DNA of 64,000 nt. It comes from Phoronis australis. Lineage: Eukaryota; Animalia; Phoronida. Shown here piece after piece: positions 62,161-64,000 of this stretch (its first letter is position 1; every line of letters begins with the position of its first letter). The DNA is taken from NCBI GenBank assembly GCA_002633005.1, contig NMRA01000683.1:62001-126000 (forward strand), in the 5' to 3' direction. Made by a program: the position numbers and the translations under genes. The notes beneath the pieces were generated by a model. The model did not search any database and was not told the origin of the DNA. It saw only the letters and a program-made list of their open reading frames with translations.

Positions 62161-63320
62161 TTTGTCTTTTTATTATGCACTTGGTACTCTCAAAACCGGT
62201 CATTATAAATACCAATTCTTAGTCGTTTAAAGGCATTTATTTCCATTTAAAAGTCCTATAGAGTGTTAAAATTAACTTGATAATGTAAAACAAATGGAAG
62301 AAAACAAGAGGGTTACGTGTGCAATTTTTTATATAGCCTCAAACTTAACCTGAACTGACTCACCCAGTGGGCAAAGGTCATCGGGTTCAGTTTTGATACT
62401 GACCTTATAATACACCCAGAAATCATCTTGTTTTCATTTGAAAGAGCTTAAACTTGATTTCTATAACCATTTAAAGCGGGATTCTTGCTCAACATTTTGT
62501 TCAAATGGTGTGTAAACTCTGCTCGTCATTTCCAAACTATGAAAATATACAGTTTTGCAAGACAATTTTCACTAAAATTTAATGTTGAGGCAAGATTTTT
62601 TATTGTTCAGTCATCAAGACTAACTCTTTAACTATATGATCTAAAAGTTACATAAGGCTACAAGGTGTTTTATGGCAGTAAGAAGGTCACAAAATTGGCC
62701 ACTAAAACTAGCCACAAAAAGTGGTATATGGATTATCTCCCCTGTCTGGCAAAAAACTTTCAGATTTTAATAAATGGCACAGAATTATGTACAGTTTACG
62801 TTGGTCATTCCAGCCACCAAAGTATAACTTTTGATCTGTTTTGTAAGTTGCTCATTTTTGTTGCTGAAAACATACAATTTTGGAGACGGCTAATGTGCCC
62901 AATTGTGCCAATTTGTGTTATCATGCTCCAGCGGCGAAATTAGGGGTCATTGAGTGCACAAAATTTGGCATTTAAGTTTTTGTTAGGATACCTATCCACA
63001 TACAAAAAATGAAGTTGTTTTGAATTTTGACGTATAGACTGATTTTTGAAAATCTACTGGTTTTTATATGGACTGCCTCTTAAGTACTCCCAGCAGCAGG
63101 GCACTATATGCATTGAGGATATTTGGAGAGTTTGTGTCGACACAAAATTCATGCAGATAATATGAACATATAGCTCAGCAGTGCTTATATAACATTAGTG
63201 TGACATGATCATCTTAGCTGGCGCTATTGTGATGTAAGTCACATGACACAGAGTGGCGGCCAACCGTAAGATGGGCTCCGAATGAGTGAAATGACCCACC
63301 AACCCCTGGATGTACCTTAC

Positions 63321-63489
63321 CTGCGCCCACTATTCCCATGGCCAGGATGGAGTTGTAAGCAACCTCTACGTCTGAGTCATGAGAGAACTTGCTGAGCGTG
63401 TCGAGAATTTGCAGACGTGGGTTACTGGCAGAGATCAGAGCCAGAGCCAGCGGAACTGACCGCCGAATAACAGGTTCACCATAACGCAG
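63321..63489 (-). CDS. PSMD2: 26S proteasome non-ATPase regulatory subunit 2 (Rpn1) internal exon
   Basis: [56 protein letters not shown]; AG/GTAAG flanks; phase-1 join to 51050 gives GAGTNNARL; absent from ORF track. Confidence 0.95.
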
Positions 63490-64000
63490 CTGAAATAAAG
63501 TGGAAATGGACTATTGTAAAACTCACATGAGTTGGACACCCATAAGTTGGATTGTTGCTTAGACAAATTTCTGTGTTAGTTTATACTTGCAGTTCACGCA
63601 CTTAGCCCTTCAGGCAAGTCTAATTTTGCCTTAATTATACAAAATCTCTTAGACCAACTCTGACTCGAGCGATCTTCAGGATTTAATAATGTGAAAGTAA
63701 ATCAAATCATTCAATGTTTAACAAGCCACAGTGTGATTTACCCCAAAATACATGACACATCATCTGAAATTAGAAAGAAGTGAAAGCATTTACATTACAG
63801 CTGAAAGCCAACCAAAAGAACGTATTGTTTCAAATGAGCGCAATAAATAGATTGCATCCATGTAATTTAAATAAACTACACCAGATTACTTACTAAATGA
63901 CCAAACGTCCTGAAGGACATCTCAGCACCAATATCCTCACCCATGGCAATCAACGCTATACCAAGAACTGCTACACCTGATAAAATATATATCACATTCA

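Larger units (their letters stand above)
51535..63079 (-). mobile_element. Autonomous-looking Sola3-type DNA transposon, 11,545 bp including gap
   Basis: TTAA TSD (51531-51534, 63080-63083); GAG...CTC termini; terminal IR 19/22 (GAGCGACTCCATATAAAAACCA vs GAGGCAGTCCATATAAAAACCA); encloses transposase gene; lies in PSMD2 intron. Confidence 0.88.

Noticed and set aside
51535-63079. piggyBac or Kolobok classification because of the TTAA TSD
   Set aside because: Termini are GAG...CTC rather than CCY...RGG, and the protein motifs (DFAMK, SDNAGCY, GWAL) fit Sola3 better than those transposases

Overview
Eukaryotic (invertebrate bilaterian-like, AT-rich, draft assembly) genomic DNA. No prokaryotic features or CRISPR arrays are present. 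(1) A 22-exon TRPA1 channel gene on + (3237-39501) can be spliced by hand into 1110 aa with every intron phase consistent. Its 5' exon is uncertain and it has one GC-AG intron. (2) A solo LTR with a 5-bp TSD lies 215 bp upstream of the first recognisable TRPA1 exon and carries a cluster of heat-shock elements in front of its TATA box. (3) An 11.5-kb TTAA-flanked GAG...CTC DNA transposon (Sola3-like, 51535-63079) has an apparently intact 7-exon, 1022-aa DDD transposase gene and sits co-oriented inside an intron of the proteasome gene PSMD2/Rpn1 (- strand). One PSMD2 donor is in phase with transposase acceptors. (4) There is a candidate secreted cystine-knot exon and a possible decayed relative. 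(5) Decayed Penelope and L1/Tx1 fragments and several MITEs are scattered through the window. Two duplications abut single-N contig joins (906, 50944) and are probably partly assembly artefacts, so the TRPA1-PSMD2 adjacency is not secure. All family assignments come from motif recognition by eye, not database searches.
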